64,000 bases of DNA, taken from positions 21,041 through 85,040 of the forward strand of contig CAWCWY010000005.1 in NCBI GenBank assembly GCA_963799375.1, written 5' to 3'. The position numbers and the translations under genes were made by a program. The DNA comes from an uncultured cyanobacterium. Lineage in GTDB: Bacteria; Cyanobacteriota; Cyanobacteriia; Cyanobacteriales; Xenococcaceae. The notes under the pieces are model-generated. The model saw nothing but the letters and a program-made list of their open reading frames with translations, was not told the origin of the DNA and ran no database searches. Shown here one piece after another: positions 29,662-40,690 of this stretch (position 1 is its first letter; each line of letters opens with the position of its first letter).

Positions 29662-30528
29662 ATGGTTATCTCCCCAGATCAAATCCCCGCACAGGAGCAA
29701 AACAAGCAGCCTGCAATAGAATCAGAAATGAACCCCCAGCCTCAGTACGATCGCGAAAGTTATAAGGGTAGCGACAAACTAAAAGGTAAGGTAGCTCTGA
29801 TTACTGGTGGTGATAGTGGAATCGGTCGCTCTGTATCCGTGCTATATGCTAGAGAAGGCGCAGACGTAGCAATTGTCTATCTCAACGAACATGAAGATGC
29901 CAAGAAAACTAAAGAATTAGTTGAAGCAGAAGGACAAAAATGCTTACTACTTCCTGGAGATATTAGTGGCGAAAAGTTTTGTGCAGAATCAGTCCAAAAG
30001 ACAGTGGACGAATTAGGTAGATTAGATATCCTAGTTAACAATGCTGCCGAACAGTATATGGAAGATCCCGAAACTTTAGAAGGAATAGACTCAGCACGTT
30101 TAGGTAGCATCTTCAGTACCAATATCTTTTCCATGTTCTACTTTTGCAAAGCAGCTATCCCCCATTTGAAAGAAGGTAGTTCGATTATTAACACTACTTC
30201 AATCAATGCTTACAAAGGCAATGCACCATTATTAAGCTATTCCACAACCAAAGGGGCAATATTGGCGTTTACTCGCTCTTTATCTCAATCCCTACTCAAA
30301 AAAGGTATCCGTGTAAACGGAGTCGCTCCTGGTCCTATTTGGACTCCTTTCATTCCCGATGCCTTCCCCGCCGAACAAGTAGAAGGCTTTGGTAAGCAAG
30401 TTCCCATGAAACGTCCTGGTCAACCTATTGAAGTTGCTACAAGCTTTGTCTTCTTAGCTTCAGATGACTCTTCTTATTTCGCAGGGCAAGTATTACATCC
30501 CAATGGTGGAGTCGTAGTAGGAGCATAG
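29662..30528 (+). CDS. general-stress SDR oxidoreductase (YdaD/YhdF-like)
   Basis: TGGDSGIGR, NNAAEQ, YSTTK, GQVLHPNGG. Confidence 0.9.
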   Translation: MVISPDQIPAQEQNKQPAIESEMNPQPQYDRESYKGSDKLKGKVALITGGDSGIGRSVSVLYAREGADVAIVYLNEHEDAKKTKELVEAEGQKCLLLPGDISGEKFCAESVQKTVDELGRLDILVNNAAEQYMEDPETLEGIDSARLGSIFSTNIFSMFYFCKAAIPHLKEGSSIINTTSINAYKGNAPLLSYSTTKGAILAFTRSLSQSLLKKGIRVNGVAPGPIWTPFIPDAFPAEQVEGFGKQVPMKRPGQPIEVATSFVFLASDDSSYFAGQVLHPNGGVVVGA

Positions 30529-30624
30529 AAAGAGCGATCGATAATGGGCGATGGATAATTAACAATAGTTCTCCATTGTCCATTATTCATTTTTATATTA
30601 TCAATTATTCTTACATTATCAATT

Positions 30625-31074
30625 ATGGAAACAGTTAAAAAACTATTTACAAAACTAATTTTAGAAAAGAAGCAGACTTTTAGAATTCTTTTGGCCGTAC
30701 TTATGGTGCTGGCTGGACTATCACATTTCTTTGCAGATGGTGTCTATATTAAGATAGTCCCTGGTTTTCTGCCCTATCCTGCTGAAATTGTCTACTTTAC
30801 TGGTGTTCTAGAAGTTTTAGGTGGAATTGGTTTATTAATTCCTGGAATAAGCCAAGTCGCTGCATGGGGTTTTGTATTGCTTTATATTGCAGTTTATCCA
30901 GCTAATATCAATATGGCGGTCAATAACATTCACATTGACAACATACCCGACGGGAATTGGTTTCAGGCAATCAGATTACCTTTTCAGTTTGTTTTAATTG
31001 CCTGGGCTTGGTGGCTCACTCGCTCTGATATCAATCTATCAAAAAGAGAACAAAGCAATACTATTTCCAATTAA
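30625..31074 (+). CDS. DoxX-family membrane protein
   Basis: AGLSHF, IVP.FLP, GVLEVLGGIGL, VYPANINMA, RLPFQ. Confidence 0.8.
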   Translation: METVKKLFTKLILEKKQTFRILLAVLMVLAGLSHFFADGVYIKIVPGFLPYPAEIVYFTGVLEVLGGIGLLIPGISQVAAWGFVLLYIAVYPANINMAVNNIHIDNIPDGNWFQAIRLPFQFVLIAWAWWLTRSDINLSKREQSNTISN

Positions 31075-31282
31075 AAAAATATAGAAGTTTTAATATTCGA
31101 GATGTCTAGTCATGATTAGAAGCAAAACTAGATAAAAGGCAATAAGCATAAGTAGTACTCATCTTACTTTTTGGGTAAACAATCAAAAACAATGCTTGTC
31201 AGCAAAAGAATGAAACCCGCCGTAAATAAAAGCATTTATGACGAGCTGTCAACTTATCAAATTGATTTTAGATGGATCAAAT

Positions 31283-31531
31283 TTAGCTAGTCATAATTTC
31301 TACCAACTCTTTCAAATTTGATAGTGCAGATTCTAAAGATTCATCTCTAGTTCTCTCGTAAGATTCCAATAAAATTTCAGTTTTCACCCAATTTTGTTGG
31401 ATTTTGCTTTTTTCAACATTTACATCCCAAATAATGTTGGTCAATTCTCTAGCTCTTACCATTTGTTCCAAATTGTCGATGGTACTAATAATCAATGAAG
31501 ATAACTGTTCTCTATCATCAAGATATGACAT
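31283..31531 (-). CDS. small helical hypothetical protein; paralog of 47107..47352
   Basis: Shares IDNLEQ..RARELTNI.WD.NV and EILLESYERT.DE.LE.ALS.L.ELV.IMT with the second copy. Confidence 0.7.
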   Translation of the reverse strand: MSYLDDREQLSSLIISTIDNLEQMVRARELTNIIWDVNVEKSKIQQNWVKTEILLESYERTRDESLESALSNLKELVEIMTS

Positions 31532-31818
31532 TATTTTGCCTCCACATTGAAGTATCTAGTATTAACATTAGCTCTTTTGCTCATCCCAATTAAACATTCT
31601 TTGAGGTGGTTTAAGTTGAACCATTGATGAGCAACGGGTTCAAAGCCGTTTTCTCGGTCGAATTTGCTATCAGAAAAATTGCTGGCAAATTTGTATTTCA
31701 CTTTACGTTGTGACTCATATTCTGACTTTCCTTTCTCAGACAAAAAGGAATGGCGTATTTGTTCGAGTTCTACAGCCTTAGCGACTGAGATATTAGACAA
31801 GTCCATTAATGAATTCAT
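31531..31818 (-). CDS. hypothetical protein, translationally coupled to the downstream ORF
   Basis: 95 aa; GAGGA RBS upstream; TAATG stop/start overlap at 31531. Confidence 0.5.
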   Translation of the reverse strand: MNSLMDLSNISVAKAVELEQIRHSFLSEKGKSEYESQRKVKYKFASNFSDSKFDRENGFEPVAHQWFNLNHLKECLIGMSKRANVNTRYFNVEAK

Positions 31819-32412
31819 AATAAATATCCTCTATACAGAGACGACGAAATAAGTAGTAATCAATTAATCAAGCGAGTATTCTTTTTTTCTTCAAGCAGCG
31901 CATCAAATCAGGTTCGGTAATTTTTATGAGCAAAAGCTCTATCTGGAATAAATACGTCTACTTTATAAACCCTTTATCTAAACTTCATAAGAACTTTATA
32001 ACCGCAAAAACTTTAAATGCCCAGTGAAAATACGTAATTTATCACTTTTTAAATAAAGAGACTTAAGGTGAAATGTCCGTATAATCACTTAGAGAAGGCG
32101 TTTGAGGTTTTGCGATTGGCAAAAACTAATTTTTATTTGAGAGATACGCAGTTGATAAAATGATTGCTTTTGTTTCGTGAAGAGAAATTATTTTTATGTT
32201 TGTATCTTATTAGCGATCGCACATATACAATAAATATGTACTATATTCATTTCAATTTATAGAACTACATAAAAAAACAGACTGTTCACAACTGATAAAG
32301 GAGATGCTCCTGTTACAATCGATCAATCGATCCATTATTAATTTTAGCGATCGCGACAGTTAAAAATGAAAAAGTACTAAAGATTAATTTGCCCCTCAGT
32401 ACCTTAAATAAA

Positions 32413-34131
32413 TTACTTCTGTTCATCAGATTTGCTATCGTCATTTTCTGGCTTAACCTTCTCCTCTTTATCTGTTTTAGATTCTGCTTCCTCTCTAGCG
32501 CATTTTCTAGCTTCTTCTAAAGTCACCACGTCTTCAATACATTTTTCATATTTCTGCCACTTATCTTTAACGAGGTGTTTAATATTCTGGTGACGAGATA
32601 CACCTTCATAGGCAAAGCGATTTAGATTATTATCAACAATCAACTGTTCCATATACTCAATCCTTTGTTGGCTGTTAGGATGACTAGATAGCCATTCTGG
32701 TGGTTCAGAATTCTCTTCATCTTCTTGATGAGATTTGTGCAGCTTTTCCATCAAATTGCGCACACCATCAGCAGCATAGCCAGAGTTGACTAAAATTCTC
32801 GTTCCAAAAAGATCGGCTTGCTTTTCCATTCCTCGGCTGTAGTTCATGACAATCAAACTAGTCGCTGCATTACCCACATAAGGAATATATCTGACAACGT
32901 TAGCGGTAAGATTTCCTTGGGTAACTAATTGAAAACCATGAGATAAGGCTGCGTGAGAAACTTCATGTGCCAATAATCCTGCTAACTCTGATTCTGAGTC
33001 GGTTTTCATAATTGCACCTGCATTGACAAATACTTTTCCTCCAGGGAGTGCAAAGGCGTTTAAATCATCATCCATAATGACGAAAAACTCATATTCAAAA
33101 TCTTCTCTACCCGATGCAGCAGCAACTTTCTGACCGATTTTATTTACATATTCAGTAATTTCTGGATCTTCAATTAGAGGTAGCTGTTTCTTGGCTTGTA
33201 CGACGCTTTCTTTCCCCATCGCCGATTCTCCCCGTAGCACCATAGAGGTAGTTTCTAGAGCAGAAAGAGGACCAAACAAACTGCCTGTTAAAGCAAAACC
33301 CACCGTACCAGCGATCGCATTTCCTATTGCATTAAAAGCTATTTTGGACTTGAGATCGCTTCGATATTCGGCTAAATATTCATCCGCTAGTAAGTCCATT
33401 TTTTTTGCTTCAGGCAGATCGGGATTAAATAAAGCAAATTGACGGGCTAATATCGAAGCATCTAACCATTCTTCTGTGGCAATATGATTATCGATTCTGG
33501 CTTTAACTAGTTTAGGCTGGGTGGGATAACGACTAGCTGCTTTTTCTAATACTTTTTTAGCCTCGGCTTCTCTTTCATATTGTTGCAACATTTGGGCATA
33601 ATGAATATGACCAGAAATAAACTGAGGCTCTCTAGTAGTTAATAACTTTAAAGCACTGACAACCTTACTCTGCAATCCTTGTTCTTTGCCTTTTTGATAG
33701 TTACGCCAGAATACTTTACCTGCGGGACTTAATTTTGCAGGATCTTCAAACACTTCTATTGATTCATCATGTTTTGCTGCTTGTTTTTCAAGTTCCCAAA
33801 CTTCTTTGGTATTGCGGTATAGTTTCTTTGCCTCACCTTTATAGCCAGACAAATATAGCTGATCTGCCGTGGCTAGTTTTTTTAAGCGAGCAATTTCTTC
33901 TGGAGTAGGTTCGTCTGCCTTTTCTTTTTTTTTCGACTCATCATCTTCCGACTTAGAATCTTCTTCTTCTTGTTCTACCTCGCCCTCTGCTTGAGTAATT
34001 AAATAAGTGCGATTACCCGCAGGGTACGCTTCGCGATCGCGAGTATTATTTTGCGGTAAAGACTCGGCAAAAGCAAAAGTGGGAAAAATAAAAGCATTTA
34101 AGCTAATCAAACATAAACTGATTAATTTCAT
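32413..34131 (-). CDS. secreted M48-family metalloprotease with TPR-like region
   Basis: NAFALPGG, LAHEVSH, YSRGMEKQAD, SSHP; signal peptide. Confidence 0.9.
   Translation of the reverse strand: MKLISLCLISLNAFIFPTFAFAESLPQNNTRDREAYPAGNRTYLITQAEGEVEQEEEDSKSEDDESKKKEKADEPTPEEIARLKKLATADQLYLSGYKGEAKKLYRNTKEVWELEKQAAKHDESIEVFEDPAKLSPAGKVFWRNYQKGKEQGLQSKVVSALKLLTTREPQFISGHIHYAQMLQQYEREAEAKKVLEKAASRYPTQPKLVKARIDNHIATEEWLDASILARQFALFNPDLPEAKKMDLLADEYLAEYRSDLKSKIAFNAIGNAIAGTVGFALTGSLFGPLSALETTSMVLRGESAMGKESVVQAKKQLPLIEDPEITEYVNKIGQKVAAASGREDFEYEFFVIMDDDLNAFALPGGKVFVNAGAIMKTDSESELAGLLAHEVSHAALSHGFQLVTQGNLTANVVRYIPYVGNAATSLIVMNYSRGMEKQADLFGTRILVNSGYAADGVRNLMEKLHKSHQEDEENSEPPEWLSSHPNSQQRIEYMEQLIVDNNLNRFAYEGVSRHQNIKHLVKDKWQKYEKCIEDVVTLEEARKCAREEAESKTDKEEKVKPENDDSKSDEQK
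34009..34040. repeat. small hairpin inserted in frame into a HIP1 site
   Basis: GCGAT[TACCCGCAGGGTACGCTT]CGCGATCGC; encodes REAYPAGNR in the protease N-terminus. Confidence 0.65.
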
Positions 34132-34323
34132 CTTAAAATTCCTTAAATATAAAAATATTGGTTAAAGACTGGCGGGGGTCAAAAGTCTTGCTTTGTATCT
34201 AGTTTTTTTAAGTTGGCAACGTTTTAAGTAATAAATAATCAAAAAATATTAACTATTACCTTTAATTTTACGATTTGTGCATCTTAAAGTAGAAAATGTT
34301 TACTACTAGCTAAGGCAAAAATA

Positions 34324-34500
34324 ATGACTACTCACTTTATTACCGCTGAAATAGATCTTCAAGAAACTCCCATCAAACTTCAACAAGAAATTGAATCCCA
34401 ACTAGAAAAAGAGGGTGAACCCCTACGCTGGGCTGTAACAGCGGTGGACAAAGATAAACAAACAGCAACGGTAGAAGCCATTGTCACTAAAGAAAACTAG
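34324..34500 (+). CDS. small cyanobacterial hypothetical protein (58 aa)
   Basis: MTTHFITAEIDLQETPIKLQQEIESQLEKEGEPLRWAVTAVDKDKQTATVEAIVTKEN; first gene of the following operon; below the ORF-track cutoff. Confidence 0.8.
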   Translation: MTTHFITAEIDLQETPIKLQQEIESQLEKEGEPLRWAVTAVDKDKQTATVEAIVTKEN

Positions 34501-34509
34501 TTTTTTTAA

Positions 34510-35559
34510 ATGTCGAACTTTACTGTTGTTCTTATTGTTCCCACAGGAGTCGGTGCAGCTATCGGTGGTTATGCAGGAGATGCTCTACCAGTAGCTAGGG
34601 CTGTTGCGAGCATTAGCGATCGCCTGATTACCCATCCCAATGTCCTCAACGGCGCACAGCTATATTGGTCTTTGGATAATACTTATTATGTCGAAGGCTA
34701 TGGCTTGGATCGTTTTGCTGCGGGAAAGTGGGGCTTGAACCCAGCACGACAAAACAAAATTGGACTGTTGCTCGATCGCGGTATCGAACCCGAATTACGT
34801 CTGCGACATATCCAGGCAGCAGATGCAGCCAGGGGAACATTGGGGCTAAGTTTGACAGACTATGTAGTGACGGATGCTCCCTTAGAAGTAGAGTTGCGTA
34901 CTGCTGATTCTGGGGCAAGCTGGGGGACAATTGGCAATCCAGGTAGCCTATTACGGGCTGCGGATAAACTAATTCATCAGGGTGGTGCAGAAGCGATCGC
35001 TGTAGTGGCGCGTTTTCCCGATGATGATGACAGTATAGAACTACAAAACTATCGTCACGGATCGGGTGTAGACCACCTTGCAGGGGCAGAAGCAGTCATT
35101 TCTCACTTGATTGTGCGTAATTTTGGTATTCCTGCTGCCCACGCTCCCGCACTCATGCCCTTAGCCGTCGATCCAGATGTATCGCCCCGTGCTGCTGCCG
35201 AAGAATTGGGCTATACTTTTCTTCCCTGTGTGTTGGTGGGCTTGAGTCGCGCCCCTCAATTTGCTACTAAGGCTAAATCATTTACCGCTGATACTATTTT
35301 GTCAGAATCGGTGGATGCTGCGATCGTTCCCTATAGTGCCTGTGGTGGCAGTGCCATGTTGAGCTTTGCTAATTCATCCACTGAAATAATTGCCGTAACC
35401 AATAACACAACTCAAATTAATGTTCCTCCAGAGCCTTTAGGCATCAAAGTAACCAAAGTCAGCTCCTATTTAGAAGCCTTAGGAGTTTTAGTTGCTCGTA
35501 AAGCTGGCGTTAATCCTCAAGTATTTAATCCCGATATATCTTCCCTTCGTTGTTTATAA
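34510..35559 (+). CDS. DUF3326 domain protein
   Basis: IVPTGVGAAIGGYAGDA, LITHPNVLNGA, AGAEAVISH, AAAEELGYTFLPCVL. Confidence 0.9.
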   Translation: MSNFTVVLIVPTGVGAAIGGYAGDALPVARAVASISDRLITHPNVLNGAQLYWSLDNTYYVEGYGLDRFAAGKWGLNPARQNKIGLLLDRGIEPELRLRHIQAADAARGTLGLSLTDYVVTDAPLEVELRTADSGASWGTIGNPGSLLRAADKLIHQGGAEAIAVVARFPDDDDSIELQNYRHGSGVDHLAGAEAVISHLIVRNFGIPAAHAPALMPLAVDPDVSPRAAAEELGYTFLPCVLVGLSRAPQFATKAKSFTADTILSESVDAAIVPYSACGGSAMLSFANSSTEIIAVTNNTTQINVPPEPLGIKVTKVSSYLEALGVLVARKAGVNPQVFNPDISSLRCL

Positions 35560-35565
35560 AAACCT

Positions 35566-36159
35566 GTGGTAAATCCTAATAATCCAGAACTCGAACCCCT
35601 AAGCCGTACCCAGATATTAGTATTTATGGGTATCACTGCTATTTTCTTGCTGGCGATCGCAAAAATATGGCAAAAACTAGGGGCTGTTCAACTATTATCG
35701 ATCCAGTTCAATTCCCAAGCCTTGCTATGGAGTTTAGGGCTAGCAGTAGGAATTACTATTACCAGCGGTATCATATATCGTCTTTGGCCAGAGTATCGCC
35801 GTAGTGCCGATATGTACCTTGAATTAGTAATTAAACCCCTAATGTGGACGGATCTAATCTGGCTGGGACTATTACCAGGATTGAGCGAAGAACTATTATT
35901 TCGGGGCATAATGTTGCCAGCGTTGGGCTTAAACATCGCTGCTGTGGCACTATCGAGCGTCTTATTTGGCGTACTGCATCTCAGCGGTGCGGGACAATGG
36001 CCTTATGTAGTCTGGGCAACCATTGTCGGCTTTGCATTGGGATATTGTGCCTTGATCACGGGAAATTTGCTTGTTCCTGTGGTGGCTCATGTTATTACTA
36101 ACTTAGTCTCTGGTTTACTCTGGAAGATGAATAATAGAGAAATAAGCAATGAACAATGA
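35566..36159 (+). CDS. CPBP (Abi) intramembrane metalloprotease
   Basis: PGLSEELLFRG, FGVLH, AHVITN. Confidence 0.9.
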   Translation: MVNPNNPELEPLSRTQILVFMGITAIFLLAIAKIWQKLGAVQLLSIQFNSQALLWSLGLAVGITITSGIIYRLWPEYRRSADMYLELVIKPLMWTDLIWLGLLPGLSEELLFRGIMLPALGLNIAAVALSSVLFGVLHLSGAGQWPYVVWATIVGFALGYCALITGNLLVPVVAHVITNLVSGLLWKMNNREISNEQ

Positions 36160-36209
36160 ACATTTATCATTGAACATTTATCATTGAGCATTAAACATTG
36201 AACATTTAA
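36146..36209 (+). repeat. 7-nt short tandem repeat array
   Basis: caatgaa caatgaa catttat cattgaa catttat cattgag cattaaa cattgaa. Confidence 0.8.
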
Positions 36210-36336
36210 TTCATTCGTTGTGATTTCATACATCCAATCAACAGCGTTGTAAAAAGATAGTTATATATTGGGTCATATTCTAGAAGATACATCTAGAATA
36301 TTTGGCAAGCAAGCATTAACAATTAACTATTAATAA

Positions 36337-37863
36337 ATGAATAACATTGACTGGAAAAAGCTGCAAAACGGTTCGGATATTCGCGGTGTGGCACTAGAAG
36401 GTGTTGAAGGTGAATCAGTGAATTTGACTCCAGAAGTCGCTCACACCTTGGGTAATGCTTTTGTTAATTGGCTGAGTCAGAAAGCGGGGAAACCCACCAC
36501 AGAATTGAGTTTTGGTATTGGACGAGATAGTCGCCTGTCGGGGGAAACTCTCAGCCAGTCAGTAACAGAAGGAATTGCGATCGCAGGTTCTAAAGTCTAT
36601 AACTTCGATATTGCTTCTACTCCCGCGATGTTTATGAGTACTATCACAGATGGATTTAACTGTGATGGGGCAATTATGCTTACTGCCAGTCATTTACCTT
36701 TCAATCGCAATGGCTTGAAGTTTTTTACTCCCCAAGGTGGTTTGGGTAAACCAGATATTTCTGATATTTTAGCGATCGCTCAATCGGGTAAGACAATTAG
36801 TAGCGATACAAAAGGGAAACTAAAAAGCGATGACTTTATTGCGGTTTATGCAGCCAAACTAGTTGATACTGTTCGCAAAGGTGTTAATCATCCCGACAAC
36901 TATGAGAAGCCTTTGATGGGATTGAAAATAGTGGTTGATGCGGGTAATGGTGCAGGGGGTTTTTATGTGGATAAAGTCTTAAAACCTTTGGGTGCAGATA
37001 CTACTGGAAGCCAATTTCTTGACCCTGATGGAATGTTTCCCAATCATATTCCTAACCCAGAAAACAAAGAAGCAATGGCAGCAATTTGCAGTGCGGTTAT
37101 TAATAATAAAGCCGACTTTGGCATCATTTTTGATACCGATGTCGATCGCGTTGCAGCAGTAGATGCTCAAGGAAATGAAATTAATCGCAACCGCATGATT
37201 GCTCTTATTTCGGCAGTGGTTTTACAAGAACATCCAGGTTCTACTGTTGTGACAGATTCTATTACTTCCGATGGTTTAACTCAGTTTATCGAACAGCTAG
37301 GGGGCAAACATCATCGCTTTAAACGGGGTTATAAAAACGTTATTAATGAATCGGTTAAATTAAATAATTCTGGTACAGAATCTTGGCTGGCGATCGAAAC
37401 TTCTGGACATGGGGCAATGAAGGAAAACTATTTTCTTGATGATGGGGCATATTTAGCTACCAAGCTATTAGTTGAGTTGGCTAAAACTAAACTACAAAAT
37501 AAGTCTTTAACCGATTTAATCAGTAAATTAGAAGAACCATTAGAAAGTGAAGAGTTTAGATTGAAAATAAACACCGACGACTTTAAAACCTATGGTAATG
37601 AAGTCATCGGCAAGTTAAAGGATTTTGCCAATACTCAAGATGATTGGGCGATCGTACCTAACAACTATGAAGGAATAAGAATATCCTGCAATTCTTCTGA
37701 AGAAAAAGGCTGGTTTCTCCTACGTTTGTCTCTCCACGATCCTGTGATTCCTTTAAATATTGAATCTAATGTTGAAGCGGGGGTTAGTAAAATAGTCACT
37801 CGGTTGTTAACATTCTTCCGAGATTTTGAATCTTTGGATTTATCTTCTCTGCAAGATTATTAA
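36337..37863 (+). CDS. phosphomannomutase/phosphoglucomutase
   Basis: NGSDIRG, TASHLP, FDTDVDR, IETSGH. Confidence 0.92.
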   Translation: MNNIDWKKLQNGSDIRGVALEGVEGESVNLTPEVAHTLGNAFVNWLSQKAGKPTTELSFGIGRDSRLSGETLSQSVTEGIAIAGSKVYNFDIASTPAMFMSTITDGFNCDGAIMLTASHLPFNRNGLKFFTPQGGLGKPDISDILAIAQSGKTISSDTKGKLKSDDFIAVYAAKLVDTVRKGVNHPDNYEKPLMGLKIVVDAGNGAGGFYVDKVLKPLGADTTGSQFLDPDGMFPNHIPNPENKEAMAAICSAVINNKADFGIIFDTDVDRVAAVDAQGNEINRNRMIALISAVVLQEHPGSTVVTDSITSDGLTQFIEQLGGKHHRFKRGYKNVINESVKLNNSGTESWLAIETSGHGAMKENYFLDDGAYLATKLLVELAKTKLQNKSLTDLISKLEEPLESEEFRLKINTDDFKTYGNEVIGKLKDFANTQDDWAIVPNNYEGIRISCNSSEEKGWFLLRLSLHDPVIPLNIESNVEAGVSKIVTRLLTFFRDFESLDLSSLQDY

Positions 37864-37875
37864 TGCTTCAATGAT

Positions 37876-37940
37876 TTTTGGTGGGCAAAGAGAATCTATT
37901 ATGAGTAACAAACAAATTTATATCGTATTGCCCACCCTAC
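37876..37940. repeat. REP-like inverted repeat (second copy)
   Basis: TTTTGGTGGGCAA ... ATTGCCCACCCTAC. Confidence 0.7.
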
Positions 37941-37950
37941 AGTTAATTGT

Positions 37951-38388
37951 TTATTGCGTTTTTATTCTCGCCCAAAAACCTTTTCTTGCCAGCTTTTGTA
38001 CTAAATTTTGAGCATTAGCTTCCGTGCTAAATATGCCAACTTGAATTGTATTTCCTTTGATAAAGGCAGCGGGTTCAATATCTTTCACCTGCTGCAATAA
38101 TTCTTTCTCGCTACCATAGACTTCTACCTTATAACCTTGAACTTTTACTAATTCTTCAGTGTTAGATATTTTTTTACTGTCAGGTGCTTTAAAAGTGTAT
38201 TCTCTCGAGTTAGCCTTGCCGTTTGATTTGGGATTCTGAGCTAGATAAACAGAAGATTTATGATCAGCATCAAAATTATTTTCTATAGCATTTGCTGGTA
38301 TTAACACGATCGCATTCAAGCAAATGCCGCCCAACAACAATATGCAGGATTTATAGTATGTAAAATTCATAAGATTAAATGGTAACAA
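37951..38388 (-). CDS. secreted protein with SPOR-like C-terminus
   Basis: Signal peptide; IQVGIFSTEANAQNLVQKL..KG. Confidence 0.6.
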   Translation of the reverse strand: MLPFNLMNFTYYKSCILLLGGICLNAIVLIPANAIENNFDADHKSSVYLAQNPKSNGKANSREYTFKAPDSKKISNTEELVKVQGYKVEVYGSEKELLQQVKDIEPAAFIKGNTIQVGIFSTEANAQNLVQKLARKGFWARIKTQ

Positions 38389-38802
38389 CGAGAAAATAGT
38401 TTTTATTTGGCTGTTAGAAATAACAGCTCAATCTGATAGACCAGATATTCTACTAATAGTATTATTTATTCCTTTTGTCTAGCCCCTAAAATTTTGTCCA
38501 TCTAAACTTCATAATTGGCTGACAAATAAAAAATCAGGCAAATATGAAGTTTTTTTATCCTAAATTGAGGATTTTAAGAGATTTTTTCCAAAAGCTTATT
38601 AATCTGGTTGCATTTAGCTAAAAGTGCAGATCGAAAATAAAATAAGATAATCTATATGTAGATAGTTTGCGTATTTTTAGGGAGATTAATTTAATTATCC
38701 TCCTTAGGTGGTGCGATTGCTCGCATCATAAAAGACGTAAAACTATATATTTTAGAAAGTACCCCAGTATTCAAAGAAGTTAGCATTTACGAGTAGAGTT
38801 CC

Positions 38803-39873
38803 ATGAATAAGGTCGTTGTCGGCTTATCTGGTGGCGTAGACAGTTCTGTCGCTGCTGCCGTATTACATCATCAAGGTTACGAAGTGATTGGTCTTACCCT
38901 CTGGTTAATGAAGGGTAAGGGTCAATGCTGTTCTGAGGGAATGGTGGATGCTGCACGACTATGTGAAGAATTAGACATCCCCCATCACATTGTGGATAGT
39001 CGAGATGTCTTTAAAGAAAATATTATTGATTATCTGGTAAACGGTTATGAAGCGGGGGTAACTCCTCTTCCTTGTTCTCAATGCAATCGCGCGGTGAAGT
39101 TTGCGCCGATGCTGGAATATGCCAAAAAAGAACTAGGAACGGATAAAATAGCTACTGGTCATTATGCTCGCATTAATTATGACGAAAAAAGCGATCGCTA
39201 TCAACTATTAAAAGCTGTCGATCCTAATAAAGATCAGTCTTATTTCCTTTACGACTTGACTCAAGAATTGTTGGCAGGTTCGGTATTTCCTTTGGGTAAT
39301 CAAACCAAGGAAGAAACGCGCCGAGTTGCTGCACAATTCGATTTAGCTACAGCAGAAAAGCCTGAAAGCCAAGACTTATGCTTAGTAGAAGCTCACGGAA
39401 ATATGCAAACCTTCTTAGACCGTTTTATCAAGCAAAAAGAAGGAGACATTGTGGATATGGCGGGGAATGTATTGGGCAAACATACAGGAGTTCATCACTA
39501 TACCATCGGACAAAGGAAAGGTTTGGGGGTTGCTGCACCAAATCCCTTATATGTGGTTAAGTTAGATGCGGTGATGAATCGAGTGATTGTCGGAGATCGC
39601 AATGCTGGCGGACGTACTGAATGTACTGTTAATCGAATGAACTGGGTTTCTATCGGTTCACCTACTTCCCCTATTAGCGCAGAAGTCAAAATTCGCTATC
39701 GTTCAAAACCTGTTGTGGCGCAAATAATTCCTCTAGGAAACTCCCGCATCAAAATTATGTTTGACGAGCATCAATTTGGCGTAACTCCTGGTCAAGCAGC
39801 CGTATTATATAGCGGTGACATGGTGCTTGGTGGGGGAATTATTGAAGTGGAAGCTAAACAAGAACATGCGTAA
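38803..39873 (+). CDS. mnmA: tRNA 2-thiouridine(34) synthase
   Basis: [41 protein letters not shown]. Confidence 0.97.
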   Translation: MNKVVVGLSGGVDSSVAAAVLHHQGYEVIGLTLWLMKGKGQCCSEGMVDAARLCEELDIPHHIVDSRDVFKENIIDYLVNGYEAGVTPLPCSQCNRAVKFAPMLEYAKKELGTDKIATGHYARINYDEKSDRYQLLKAVDPNKDQSYFLYDLTQELLAGSVFPLGNQTKEETRRVAAQFDLATAEKPESQDLCLVEAHGNMQTFLDRFIKQKEGDIVDMAGNVLGKHTGVHHYTIGQRKGLGVAAPNPLYVVKLDAVMNRVIVGDRNAGGRTECTVNRMNWVSIGSPTSPISAEVKIRYRSKPVVAQIIPLGNSRIKIMFDEHQFGVTPGQAAVLYSGDMVLGGGIIEVEAKQEHA

Positions 39874-39977
39874 TTTTATTAATCAAAATTGCTAAGATAA
39901 AAGCGATCGCTTTATTTGTCTACTATTAATATTAGTTCGATATTATTAGCGATCGCCCTGGTTTTTGCGATCAACAA

Positions 39978-40403
39978 TTAATCAGCAAAAATCGCAGCTA
40001 GAGGATTATTATCCACAATGATCACTACATCTTGTAAATCGTAAGCGGGACTTGTTTGATCGGCTGTGCCAAGTTCAACTAAAAACAATTCCTCATATTC
40101 ATTTAGACCATCAAGCATACTTTGAATTGATTCTTGCTCGTATACTCCTGGTATATTGGGTACTGAATCATTTGGAGCTAGAACACGCTGACTAGGAAGA
40201 GACAAACTACAGCCAGTATTATTATTGATGGCACTATATTTAAAGGTCAAATCATTAATAGAATCGACATTTAGTAAAACCTCCTCATTTACTGATATGG
40301 TTTCAACTAACTCTTGATTCTGATAAACCTCAACTTGAATGTTTAAAAAATCTCCACTAGCACCACATTGAATTTGAGAAGCAAAATATAAAAGTTCAAT
40401 CAT
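39978..40403 (-). CDS. acidic hypothetical protein
   Basis: 141 aa ORF; no family recognised. Confidence 0.55.
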   Translation of the reverse strand: MIELLYFASQIQCGASGDFLNIQVEVYQNQELVETISVNEEVLLNVDSINDLTFKYSAINNNTGCSLSLPSQRVLAPNDSVPNIPGVYEQESIQSMLDGLNEYEELFLVELGTADQTSPAYDLQDVVIIVDNNPLAAIFAD

Positions 40404-40690
40404 AGTTTTTAAAAGATACAGTTTAAAATGATAAAATATACCCTACATTTAGTAAGTGCTTTTAGTTGACTAAATACATATGTAAGATTAATTACTATAA
40501 TCACTTATTTTTGAAACTTTTAAATGAACTTATGAATAAGAATCAGCATTTTTAAATGAAAATAAGATAAACTCTGTAGAAAATTTCAACTAGATAGAAA
40601 TATATTAGAGCAATATAACGTCTTTTAATTGCTAAATAACACTGAATTTTATTATCCTGATTGTGCAGCATAAAATAATTATCAAACAGT

